64,000 bases of DNA from Spirochaetia bacterium. GTDB lineage: Bacteria > Spirochaetota > Spirochaetia > SP-2023. Positions 17,356-27,336 of the stretch are shown piece by piece (position 1 is the first letter of the stretch; the number at the start of each line of letters is the position of its first letter). The position numbers and the translations under genes were made by a program. The DNA is taken from contig CBDDCK010000005.1 in NCBI GenBank assembly GCA_965225855.1, positions 1,632,001 through 1,696,000 of the forward strand, in the 5' to 3' direction. The notes below the pieces were generated by a model. That model was not told where the DNA came from. It searched no databases and worked only from the letters and a program-made list of their open reading frames with translations.

Positions 17356-18894
17356 TCAATGGCCACGAAAGGTTATTTTTAGCTCTTTCAGTTCTTCTAT
17401 TTTGCTATGTTGGTTTGCTGTTATGGTTACTTTCCATTTGCCAACTGCAGGGCTACCTAAAAAGTTATTGAATAATAAGCTAATATTCCCTGTAGTGTGG
17501 AACATTTTGATTTCTGCTTTACTATTATTGGGGCTAGTTATACTAAATTTCCAGTTTCCATTTGGCTTAGAACGGACATCTAAAATAAGGGATTCTATAA
17601 AACTAATAGAATCTTTTACAGTAAATTCATAGTTATATTCCAGTTCATTGACTATATTTCGGTTCTTATCCGTATATACTTCTGTTTTCATGGTAGGTAG
17701 TAGTTGCCAGCTTTGGGCTAAAGTAAATGCCTTGGCAACATCTAATAAGCCAAAGCCCATAGCCTTGCTGTATTGTTGCTTTTTACTTGGGTCTGAATAC
17801 AGGTAACCGCTTTCTGTGTATTGGGCTTTGTTATTTTTATCGTACTTTTTAGCACTTTCGGCTAAGATGAGTTTTATATCTCGCCAAGTGAGTTGGGAAT
17901 ATTCAGAGCGGATTAAAGCAATTGCGCCACTGACTAAAGGGGTAGCCGAAGATGTTTTTTTGATTTTTTCTCCATAGCCTCTATTATTGTCGGTAGTGAT
18001 AAAACCAGCAGGAGCGGTTAGCCATAAGTTTACCCCGTTAGTATGGTTATCAAAGAAAGTAGGTTCATCACCTAATGATGGCACTGTGCCATCTTGCTTT
18101 ATGGCATTAACACCTATAACTGCATAATGGTTTACATAACCATCATTGCGAGCAACTAAGTTGCCATTACCGGCTGCAAATACAATACTAGAGCCTTTAT
18201 TATAAAATCCTTGCCGTGTTACTTGTTCTATTGCTTGCTTGCGTTCTAAGTGTAATGAATGATAGGAAGCTTCTGCATTAGCATAGCCAAAACTGGCATT
18301 GTATACGGCTATCTCTTTATGTCTGCAATCATTGAATGCTTTTACCAATATCTTGCCTAGTTGTTCCTGGATAGTAATGTTGGAATCATTGATAGCATAA
18401 CTATATAGTTTGGCATGGGGAACAATACCAATAATACCTTGTTTATTATCCCTTGCAGCTATAATACCCGCAACTCTTGTGCCATGAGATAGTTTAGGAT
18501 TGTAACGACCAAAGCCGGGTAGCAATATACTATCTTTTAGGTCGGGGTGGTTTGTATCAATACCGTGGTCTAAAACAGCAATAGCAATGGGTTTTGTGCC
18601 ATAGCCTTTTTGCCACAGGGGTAGTATATTTATATCCAATCCCATCTTATTGCTACCGTTTAAGTACCATTGTTCATTGAATTTTGGCTCATCATTATAG
18701 GTTACTAATTTATTATTACCATTTGCATTTTTAAGGCTTTGCGACTTTGCGCTATTATCTTTGCAATCATTTTCAATTTTATTTTCAATTGGAGGGCTAC
18801 TAATTTCATCGGGGTCGCAAGATAGTAATAAAATGGAAAATAGAATTACCAGAATATTTTTTATTTTGATTTTCATTGTAAATATCCTATTCAT
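17356..18894 (-). CDS. S8 (kexin/furin-like) serine protease lipoprotein, array member 6
   Basis: Lipobox LLLSC-DPDE; AVLDHG, SHGT, AAGN, KTSSATP; LTWRD; P-domain-like end TFRGH. Confidence 0.9.
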   Translation of the reverse strand: MNRIFTMKIKIKNILVILFSILLLSCDPDEISSPPIENKIENDCKDNSAKSQSLKNANGNNKLVTYNDEPKFNEQWYLNGSNKMGLDINILPLWQKGYGTKPIAIAVLDHGIDTNHPDLKDSILLPGFGRYNPKLSHGTRVAGIIAARDNKQGIIGIVPHAKLYSYAINDSNITIQEQLGKILVKAFNDCRHKEIAVYNASFGYANAEASYHSLHLERKQAIEQVTRQGFYNKGSSIVFAAGNGNLVARNDGYVNHYAVIGVNAIKQDGTVPSLGDEPTFFDNHTNGVNLWLTAPAGFITTDNNRGYGEKIKKTSSATPLVSGAIALIRSEYSQLTWRDIKLILAESAKKYDKNNKAQYTESGYLYSDPSKKQQYSKAMGFGLLDVAKAFTLAQSWQLLPTMKTEVYTDKNRNIVNELEYNYEFTVKDSISFIESLILDVRSKPNGNWKFSITSPNNSKAEIKMFHTTGNISLLFNNFLGSPAVGKWKVTITANQHSKIEELKELKITFRGH

Positions 18895-19035
18895 TGTTTT
18901 TAGTTATACTAACAAAATTATTTGAAATTTGATTTTAATAGGTTCAAAATATAATACTTTCATTTTCATAATATCTAATTTTCATTTATGGTTATACTAT
19001 ATTTTGGTTTGATTGCTATTATATATTGCCCTAAT

Positions 19036-20586
19036 TTAATGGCCGCGAAAGGTTAGGCTTATTTGCTTTATACCTTTGTCAATATCGCTTTGGGGCCTAG
19101 TGATATTGACTTGCCATTGACCTTCAGCACGACTACCTAGGAAATTATTATATAATAGCACCATTGTTTGAGCCATAAAATAAAACTGTAATTTGGATTT
19201 TTTGCCATCGGGGCTAGTAATGCCAATTGTCCAAGTATCTTGATCTTCTCCATTAAATATTATTTCCAAAGTTAGGGACTCGATAAATTGGATAGCATTA
19301 TTTACGGTGAATCTATGGCTGTATTCCCTAGCATCGCCCATATGGATACTTGTATCGCTATAGATTTTTTCTTTCATTGGGGGCAAAAGCTTCCAGTTTT
19401 GGGCTAGCATAAATGCTTGGTTGACGTCCAACAAACCAAAGCCCATAACGGTACTATACTTTTGCGCTACCGCTTTATTAGAATACAATACACCACTTTT
19501 TTGATATTGGGCCTTACTGGCATGGTCATATTTGCTAGCACTTTCGGCTAATATCAGTTTGACATCTCGCCATGTTAGCGTTGGAAATTCCGAACGCAGT
19601 AGGCCAATAGCCCCAGTTACTAAAGGCGCAGCACTAGATGTATGGTCAAAATCATCGGTATATCCTCCTCGATTGTTGCTAGTAACATCGCCGATAGGGG
19701 CGGTCAGCCAAAGGTTTAGGCCCATAGTATGGCCATAGCTGTTAGTTGTTTTCGGTATAGTACCATCTTTTTGTATGGCGTTGACATTGATAACCGCATG
19801 ATGATTTAAATAGCCATCATTGCGTGCAGTAGTTAAGGTATTACCAGCGGCAAAGACCATATTAGACCCTTTGCCAGAAAAACCGTGCTTGCTAACTCTA
19901 TCCATAGCAGCCTTATCTTTTTTATCCAGTGGCACATAATCCAATTGAACGATAGTAGAAATATTGCCAACGCTGGCATTGTATACCGCAATTTCTCTAT
20001 GCTTTGTATGGTTAAAGGCCTTGGCAATATATTGTAATCGGTTTTCATCATTTTCTGCTACAATGGAATAATTATATATCTTGGCATTGGGGGCAACGCC
20101 AATCATACCCATATGATTGTCCCTAGCAGCTATCAAACCAGCAACATTAGTGCCATGAGATTCTTTGGGATCGTATCTACCAAAGCATGGTAGCAATATC
20201 ATATCTCTAAGGTCGGGGTGATTGGTATCTATACCGGTATCAATAACAGCGATAGAAATGGGCTTTATGCCATAACCTTGTTGCCAAGCGGGTACTATGT
20301 TTATATCCAATCCTTTGATAGTGCTATTATATAAATACCATTGTTCTGTAAACTTTGGCTCATCTTGGTAGGTTACTAATTGCTTATTGCCATTTTTATT
20401 TTTAAGGCTTTGCGATTCTGTGCTATGATATTTGCAAGTATCTGCAATTGAATTAGCAATAGTTGACTCGATACCTTCATCGGGATTGCAAGATGATAGT
20501 AATACAGAAATATTTATCAAAAATAGAAATATAATATATTTATACTTTTGGAACATTATATTTTTCTTTTCTTTATAATTTACCAT
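19036..20586 (-). CDS. S8 serine protease lipoprotein, array member 5
   Basis: LLSSC-NPDE; AVIDTG, SHGT, AAGN, HTSSAAP; ends TFRGH. Confidence 0.9.
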   Translation of the reverse strand: MVNYKEKKNIMFQKYKYIIFLFLINISVLLSSCNPDEGIESTIANSIADTCKYHSTESQSLKNKNGNKQLVTYQDEPKFTEQWYLYNSTIKGLDINIVPAWQQGYGIKPISIAVIDTGIDTNHPDLRDMILLPCFGRYDPKESHGTNVAGLIAARDNHMGMIGVAPNAKIYNYSIVAENDENRLQYIAKAFNHTKHREIAVYNASVGNISTIVQLDYVPLDKKDKAAMDRVSKHGFSGKGSNMVFAAGNTLTTARNDGYLNHHAVINVNAIQKDGTIPKTTNSYGHTMGLNLWLTAPIGDVTSNNRGGYTDDFDHTSSAAPLVTGAIGLLRSEFPTLTWRDVKLILAESASKYDHASKAQYQKSGVLYSNKAVAQKYSTVMGFGLLDVNQAFMLAQNWKLLPPMKEKIYSDTSIHMGDAREYSHRFTVNNAIQFIESLTLEIIFNGEDQDTWTIGITSPDGKKSKLQFYFMAQTMVLLYNNFLGSRAEGQWQVNITRPQSDIDKGIKQISLTFRGH

Positions 20587-20629
20587 AACTTCTATAATAT
20601 GATATTTTGTATTTCATAATATCTAGTTT

Positions 20630-22195
20630 TTAATGGCCACGAAATACAAAACTAATTTCTTGAATATCTTTCAATTGTGTTTGGGTTTCTATTTTCCATT
20701 TGCCAACTATTGGGCTACCTAAAAAGGTATTAAATAATAGTGTCGTGTTCTTTGGTATTCCATAATACGTAAATTCGGCCTCTAACCCATTGGGGCTAGT
20801 TATTTTCATATCGCCAAAAAATTCATCATCTGCATTTAATACGATTTCTATGGTTAGGGATTCTATAAATTGTATGCTACTATCTAGGCTAAATTCATCT
20901 ACATATTTGTTTGTATTGGTTGTATCCGTATTTGTATAGGTATAGGTTTTTACTTTCATTGCGGGCAATAACTTCCAGTTTTGCGCTAGGATAAATGCTT
21001 GTTCTACATCTAACAAACCAAAGCCCAGCGTCTTACTATACTTTTGTGTTTCCTCTGGGTTACAATACAATACACCGCTTTTACGATATTGGGCCTTATC
21101 TTTATAGTCATATTTGTTAGCACTTTCGGCTAATATCAGTTTGACATCTCGCCATGTGAGCGTTGGAAATTCCGAACGCAGTAGGCCAATAGCCCCACTC
21201 ACCAAAGGCGCAGTTGCAGATGTGCCAATAAAATTATTGATATATCCACCGCCATTGTTGCTAGTAACCGAGCCCATAGGGGCGGTGAGCCAAAGGTTTA
21301 CTCCGATAGTATAGCCTCCAGAAAGGAATTTTGGCACTGGCACTATGCCATCTTTTTTAATGGCATTGACGGCTATAACGGCATGATAGTTTAAATAACC
21401 ATCATTGCGAGCTACTTCTTGGCCATTGCCGGCAGCAAATACCAGGCTAGAGCCTTTACCATCAAAGCCATGCTTGGTTACGGTATCCATTGCTTGCTTT
21501 ATACTAGGTTTCAAAGCCACATGATGTAATTTATGGTTTAAATATTGGTTTTCAGCACCAAAGCTGGCATTATATACCGCAATGTTTGTATGGTTTTGCT
21601 TAAATGCAGCAATGATAGAATTGGTAATGATAGATTTATCAGCTATAGCATAATTATATATTTTGGCATTGGGGGCAACGCCAATCATACCCACATGATT
21701 GTCCCTTGCAGCTATCAAACCCGCAACATTGCTGCCATGAGATTCTTTAGGATCGTATTCTTCAAAGTATGGTAGCAATATCATATCTTTAAGGTCCGGG
21801 TGCGTGGTATCAATACCGGCATCTAAAATACCGATAGAAACCGGCTGTTTACCATAACCTTTTTGCCATACGGGTAGTATATTTATATCCAAACCTTTAA
21901 TATTAGTATTGTGCAAATACCATTGTTCATTAAACTTGGCCTCATCATTATAGCTAATGGCTTGGTTATTGCCAACTTGGTTTTTATTTGCTAGCGATTG
22001 CGTGGCATTATTGCCGCAAATCTTAGTAATATTATTTTTGCCTGCGGGAGCTTGTGTATCTTGATCGGGATCACAGGATAATAGCAAAACAGACAAGATA
22101 ATTGCCCAGCCAAAAGATAATCTTTGATGAGTGCTAAATAGATATTTTAGCTTTGGGTGAAAATACATAGCAAAATCCTTGTTAGACCAAAACAA
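20630..22195 (-). CDS. S8 serine protease lipoprotein, array member 4
   Basis: LLLSC-DPDQ; GILDAG, SHGS, AAGN, GTSATAP; ends VFRGH; start codon uncertain. Confidence 0.9.
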   Translation of the reverse strand: MFWSNKDFAMYFHPKLKYLFSTHQRLSFGWAIILSVLLLSCDPDQDTQAPAGKNNITKICGNNATQSLANKNQVGNNQAISYNDEAKFNEQWYLHNTNIKGLDINILPVWQKGYGKQPVSIGILDAGIDTTHPDLKDMILLPYFEEYDPKESHGSNVAGLIAARDNHVGMIGVAPNAKIYNYAIADKSIITNSIIAAFKQNHTNIAVYNASFGAENQYLNHKLHHVALKPSIKQAMDTVTKHGFDGKGSSLVFAAGNGQEVARNDGYLNYHAVIAVNAIKKDGIVPVPKFLSGGYTIGVNLWLTAPMGSVTSNNGGGYINNFIGTSATAPLVSGAIGLLRSEFPTLTWRDVKLILAESANKYDYKDKAQYRKSGVLYCNPEETQKYSKTLGFGLLDVEQAFILAQNWKLLPAMKVKTYTYTNTDTTNTNKYVDEFSLDSSIQFIESLTIEIVLNADDEFFGDMKITSPNGLEAEFTYYGIPKNTTLLFNTFLGSPIVGKWKIETQTQLKDIQEISFVFRGH

Positions 22196-22245
22196 AACGA
22201 TAATATCAAACCAGCGGAGTGATAATATGATATAAACAGAGTGGT

Positions 22246-23760
22246 TTAATGGCCTCTCAAAGTTAAAGATACGCTTTCTACATCTTCATTAGAAACATCT
22301 TTTGGGGAGTTTATTTGTATTTTCCAGTTTCCCACGGCCGTACTACCTAAGAAAGTATTAAATAATAGCACCATCTTTTTAGCCATATAGGCAAAGATTA
22401 ATTTCGAATCTTTACCATCAGGGCTAGTTATTACAATATCCCAACCAAAATTGAGTTCTTCCTTAAATACTAATTCCAAAGTCAGAGATTCTATAAAACC
22501 TATATCATTACTTAGACTAAAGGTAGTGCTATATTGCCTGTTATTGCTTAGCAGAATACTACTAGCGCTATGGGTCTGTACTTTCATTGCGGGCAATAAC
22601 TTCCAATTTTTGGCTAGAGAAAACGCTTGTTCTACATTTAACAAACCAAAACCCATAGTGCGGCCATACTTTTGTACGGTGCTGGAATTGGAGTAAAACA
22701 CCCCGGTTTTACGATATTGGGCCTTGTTATTGTTGTCATATTTAGTGGCACTTTCGGCTAATATCAGTTTGACATCTCGCCATGTTAAGGTGGGATATTC
22801 CGAACGCAGCAGGGCAATAGCCCCGCTTACCAAAGGCGCAGCAGAAGATGTTCGGCCAAAATCATCGACATATCCTCCTCCATTGGTAGTAGTATATGAT
22901 CCGGCTGGGGCGATAATCCAAAGATTCACTCCGTTAGTATGGCCAAATTTATACGATATTTCGGGGATCACACCATCGGACTTAATGGCATTGACATTGA
23001 TAATTGAATAGTGATGCAAATAGCCATCGTTGGTAGCCATACCAAAGACATTACCTGCAGCAAAAACAATACTAGAGCCTTTGTTACCAAAACCAGACTG
23101 GGTAACATCATCGATCGCCTTTTTGACTTCCGCAGGCATCAGTCTATACCTAAGGCCAACGGCATTAAAAGAAAAGCCCAAACTAGCATTATATACCGCA
23201 ATATCACGGTGCTTTTTATGCTTAAATGAATTGCTAACATGATTGATGAACTGTCCACCATTGTTAATCGTAATCGAAAAACTATATATCTTGGCCTTGG
23301 GGGCAACGCCAATAATCCCTTGTTGGTTATCTCTTGCAGCTATAATACCCGCAACTTTTGTTCCATGAGATAGTTTACGATCATAACCGCCAAAGCCAGT
23401 TATCAATACGCTATTGGTAAGGTCGGGGTGCTTGGTATCAATACCTTGGTCCATAATACCAATAGAAACGGGCTTAGTGCCATAGCCTTTTTGCCATACG
23501 GGTAGGATATTTATATCCAAACCTTTAATATTAGTATTGTGCAAATACCATTGTTCTGTAAACTTTGGCTCATCGTTATAGGTTACTAATTGTTTGTTGC
23601 TATGTTCAGGCTTTTTGCATTGCAACTGTATAGCATTATCTTTACAATTATTTTCAATTTTATTTGCACCTGGAGGGCTAGTAATTTCATCGGGGTCGCA
23701 AGAAAATAGCAATAGCGAAATAAAAGCCCAAAAGATGAAAATATTTTTGGTTTTAACCAT
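22246..23760 (-). CDS. S8 serine protease lipoprotein, array member 3
   Basis: LLFSC-DPDE; GIMDQG, SHGT, AAGN, RTSSAAP; ends TLRGH. Confidence 0.9.
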   Translation of the reverse strand: MVKTKNIFIFWAFISLLLFSCDPDEITSPPGANKIENNCKDNAIQLQCKKPEHSNKQLVTYNDEPKFTEQWYLHNTNIKGLDINILPVWQKGYGTKPVSIGIMDQGIDTKHPDLTNSVLITGFGGYDRKLSHGTKVAGIIAARDNQQGIIGVAPKAKIYSFSITINNGGQFINHVSNSFKHKKHRDIAVYNASLGFSFNAVGLRYRLMPAEVKKAIDDVTQSGFGNKGSSIVFAAGNVFGMATNDGYLHHYSIINVNAIKSDGVIPEISYKFGHTNGVNLWIIAPAGSYTTTNGGGYVDDFGRTSSAAPLVSGAIALLRSEYPTLTWRDVKLILAESATKYDNNNKAQYRKTGVFYSNSSTVQKYGRTMGFGLLNVEQAFSLAKNWKLLPAMKVQTHSASSILLSNNRQYSTTFSLSNDIGFIESLTLELVFKEELNFGWDIVITSPDGKDSKLIFAYMAKKMVLLFNTFLGSTAVGNWKIQINSPKDVSNEDVESVSLTLRGH

Positions 23761-23877
23761 AGTGATACCTACCTTATAAATAATTATATGATATTTTATT
23801 TTTAATAATATCTAATTTTTAGTTTACCTATATCATAATATTAAATCGTTGAAAAGATATTCTGTATTTAAATTGAT

Positions 23878-25365
23878 CTAATGGCCGCGAAAGGTTAAAG
23901 TAATTTTCGTAGCCTTTTGTTCTGGTCGGTTGATTGTTACTTTCCATATACCCGCTACCGAACTACCTAGAAAGGTATTGAATGATAGAGTAATATTTTT
24001 GCGAATATAGGCCATTTGTATAGTAGATTCTATATTTTGAGGGTTGCTTATCGTAATTTTAGGGCCAAGAGGTAGGCCATCTGGGCCTTTGTGTTCTATA
24101 TCTAAAACTAGAGATTCTATAAAAGTTATATTGCTATTTATGTTAAACTGGTGGCTATATTCCTCGCTATCTTCTTGCGCTACCGTAGTTGATGAATATG
24201 TTTGTGTTTTGATTGGGGGCAAAGTCTTCCATTTCTGGGCTAGAGCCAATGCTTGTTCTACATCTAACAAACCAAAACCCATCGTACGGCTATACTTTTG
24301 CATAACCGTTGGCTTAGAATAAAAGCAACCACTTTTACGATATTGGGCCTTGTCGGCTTTGTCATATTTAAAAGCACTTTCGGCTAATATCAGTTTCATA
24401 TCCCGCCATGTGAGCGTTGGAAATTCCGAACGCAGTAGGGCAATGGCTCCAGTTACCAAAGGCGCAGCAGAAGATGTTCGGCCAAAATCATTGATATAAT
24501 CGCCATCAGCCGTAGTAACATTGCCAGTAGGAGCAATTAGCCATAGGTTTACTCCTTCGGTATTGCCACTTTTGCCAAAATCTGGTTTTGGTATTTGGCC
24601 ATCTTGTTTTATGACATTGACTGCGATAACCGCATGGTGCTGCAAATAGCCATCATTTATAGTAATCTTTTTGCTATTACCCGCAGCAAAAACCAAATTA
24701 GCCCCTTTATTATCGTACCCTTGAGTGCTTATTCTATCCATCGCTGTTTTTACATTTGAATTTAAAGGGTTATAGTATATAATATTATTATGGCCAAAAC
24801 TAAAGTTGTAGACGGCAATCTCGCTACTTTTATGTTGCAAAGCCCTAATAAAACGCTGGTAAGCATCGCTCGTACTACCCAATATTCCGTAACTGTAGAC
24901 TTTGGCATTAGGGGCAACGCCAATAATACCTATATTATTATCCCTTGCAGCTATTAAACCCGTAACAGCCGTGCCATGTTTTATTGTAGCATCATAATTA
25001 TTAGAATCATTTACTATTTCGATATTATCAAGGTCCGGGTGGCTTGGTTCAATAGCATTATCCAATATCCCTACAGCAATAGCTTCGCTACCATAGCCTT
25101 TATTCCATGCTGGTACAATGTTAATATCTAAACCTTTGATAGTGGTATTATGCAAATACCATTGTTGCTTGTATAAAGGGTCATCACTATAATTTAATTT
25201 GGGCTTACCCTTGGTTTTTAATGTTAGGGTTGGTTTATTACCTTTACAATCTTTTAAAATATTATCATTAGGAATAACTTTCTCTATACCTTGATCGGGG
25301 TCGCAATAAAATAGCAAGATAGTAGCCCAAAGCCAAAATATAAAAATAAATATACGATTAAGCAT
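23878..25365 (-). CDS. S8 serine protease lipoprotein, array member 2
   Basis: Atypical lipobox LLFYC-DPDQ; GILDNA, KHGT, AAGN, RTSSAAP; ends TFRGH. Confidence 0.9.
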   Translation of the reverse strand: MLNRIFIFIFWLWATILLFYCDPDQGIEKVIPNDNILKDCKGNKPTLTLKTKGKPKLNYSDDPLYKQQWYLHNTTIKGLDINIVPAWNKGYGSEAIAVGILDNAIEPSHPDLDNIEIVNDSNNYDATIKHGTAVTGLIAARDNNIGIIGVAPNAKVYSYGILGSTSDAYQRFIRALQHKSSEIAVYNFSFGHNNIIYYNPLNSNVKTAMDRISTQGYDNKGANLVFAAGNSKKITINDGYLQHHAVIAVNVIKQDGQIPKPDFGKSGNTEGVNLWLIAPTGNVTTADGDYINDFGRTSSAAPLVTGAIALLRSEFPTLTWRDMKLILAESAFKYDKADKAQYRKSGCFYSKPTVMQKYSRTMGFGLLDVEQALALAQKWKTLPPIKTQTYSSTTVAQEDSEEYSHQFNINSNITFIESLVLDIEHKGPDGLPLGPKITISNPQNIESTIQMAYIRKNITLSFNTFLGSSVAGIWKVTINRPEQKATKITLTFRGH

Positions 25366-25482
25366 AACTATAGGCCCTTTATCAGTAATTGTATGATATT
25401 TTATTTTTGATATTAGCTAATTTAAAATCACTAAATAACTATTTTCGATTGTATATGTATGATATTTTTTGTTTGATTCTAT

Positions 25483-27042
25483 CTAATGGCCACGAAAAGT
25501 CAATGATACTTTGCTTGCCTTTTTCTTTGGGTAATTCATTGTTACTTTCCATGTACCCACTGCCGAACTACCTAGAAAATTGTTGAACAATAACTTTGTC
25601 TTTAGGGGAATATTGTAGCCCATAGTTATACTAGCTTTAATATTTTGAGGACTGATTATGGTAATTTTAAGAAAAGGAGCCCCTTTTGTACCTGTGTTGT
25701 ATTCTATATCGAAGACTAAAGATTCTATAAAAGTAATATCGTTATTTACGGTAAAGTGGTGGCTATATTGATTGCCATTTTTTTGGGCTACCGTAGTTGA
25801 TGAATACTTATTAGTTTTCATTGGGGGCAAAGTTTTCCATTTCTGGGCTAGGGCCAAGGCTTGTGCAACATCTAACAAACCAAAACCCATCGTACGGCTA
25901 TACTTTTGTTGTTGTGAAGAGTCGGAATAAAATATGCCAGATTTGTTATATTGGGCTTTGTCATCATCATCATACTTGTTGGCACTTTCGGCTAATATCA
26001 GTTTCATATCCCGCCAAGTCAGGTTGGGAACTTCAGAGCGCAATAGTGCGATAGCCCCACTCACTAAGGGCGCAGCAGAAGAAGTATAGTTGAAACTATC
26101 ATTATAAGTATTTGTATTTGCGATAGTCTCTAAGCCAGAAGGTGCTATTAGCCAAAGGTTTACTCCTTCGGTTACCCCCCTTAAATTCCTATCTGTGAAA
26201 TCCGGTATCTTACCATCGCTTTTAATAGCATTTACTGCAATAACCGCATAATGCTGTAAATCACCATCAACTCTAGCACTCATCTCTTTGTTACCAGCAG
26301 CATATACAATGCTAGAACCTTTACCGCCAAAGCCTTTACAAGTTACTGTATCCCTTGCGGTATCTTGTTTGGGGTTTCTCGGCTTATATGTTTCAAAAAT
26401 ATCCTTCGGTTCATAGCCTAGGCTAAGGTTATATACGGCAATCTTGGTATGATGTTCATGCTCAAATGCTTGGGAAATAGCGTCTTCTGGTTGGCCAACT
26501 ACGGCATAACTATATAGTTTGGCATGGGGTACAATGCCGATAATCCCAGTCTCGTTGTCCCTTGCTGCTATTAGGCCAGCTACTTTGGTGCCATGTGATT
26601 CTGTGGAATCATAAGAATTAAAACCTGTTACCAATTCACTGCCGCTAAGTTCTTCATGGTTTGTATCTATGGCACTATCAATCACAGCAACCGCAATTTC
26701 CCTAGTGCCATAGCCTTTATCCCAAACCGGTAGTATATTTATACCAACCTTATGATTATTTCTACTCTGTAAATACCATTGGTTTGTAAACCTTGGTTCA
26801 TCGTTATAAGTTATCTTTGGATTTTTAGCACCAACTAGATTGTTTAATGTTTGCGGGCTTGTACTACCGTTACAATCTTTGGTAACAATAGGTTTTTTCG
26901 GTTTTGAACTACCGTTGTTGTTGCCCAAATTATCCATATCTTCATCGGGGTCGCAAGATAGTAGCAATAGTGAACATACTAACCCCAAAACAAAAAATAT
27001 TTTTTGTTTTGCCTTCAATAAAATGATTTGATTATTTTTCAT
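25483..27042 (-). CDS. S8 serine protease lipoprotein, array member 1
   Basis: LLLSC-DPDE; AVIDSA, SHGT, AAGN, YTSSAAP; ends TFRGH. Confidence 0.9.
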   Translation of the reverse strand: MKNNQIILLKAKQKIFFVLGLVCSLLLLSCDPDEDMDNLGNNNGSSKPKKPIVTKDCNGSTSPQTLNNLVGAKNPKITYNDEPRFTNQWYLQSRNNHKVGINILPVWDKGYGTREIAVAVIDSAIDTNHEELSGSELVTGFNSYDSTESHGTKVAGLIAARDNETGIIGIVPHAKLYSYAVVGQPEDAISQAFEHEHHTKIAVYNLSLGYEPKDIFETYKPRNPKQDTARDTVTCKGFGGKGSSIVYAAGNKEMSARVDGDLQHYAVIAVNAIKSDGKIPDFTDRNLRGVTEGVNLWLIAPSGLETIANTNTYNDSFNYTSSAAPLVSGAIALLRSEVPNLTWRDMKLILAESANKYDDDDKAQYNKSGIFYSDSSQQQKYSRTMGFGLLDVAQALALAQKWKTLPPMKTNKYSSTTVAQKNGNQYSHHFTVNNDITFIESLVFDIEYNTGTKGAPFLKITIISPQNIKASITMGYNIPLKTKLLFNNFLGSSAVGTWKVTMNYPKKKASKVSLTFRGH

Positions 27043-27230
27043 AGAAATAATCCTTACCCTAAATATTGCTTAATAATATCACTATAATATATAATGAAGA
27101 TAAAATTTACTAAATAGAATTTTAAAAGTATTATATTTTTATTTTCATAATTAGTTATACCTAATTTTTGAATATTATATTATTGAGTTACTTATATGAT
27201 ATTTATGCCCATCTTGTACTATTGAATGTT

Positions 27231-27320
27231 TTAATGGCCCCGAATGGTTATGCTTAATTTTTGCAATTCTTGTGCTAGCTTTACCTTGACTTTCGGTCTT
27301 GTTATTGCAAACTTACATTT
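27231..27320 (-). pseudogene. 3' remnant of a seventh S8 protease paralog
   Basis: Minus strand reads KCKFAITRPKVKVKLAQELQKLSITIRGH*, matching the paralog ends (e.g. QWQVNITRP...KQISLTFRGH*). Confidence 0.8.
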
Positions 27321-27336
27321 GTTTAGTCGAACATCT

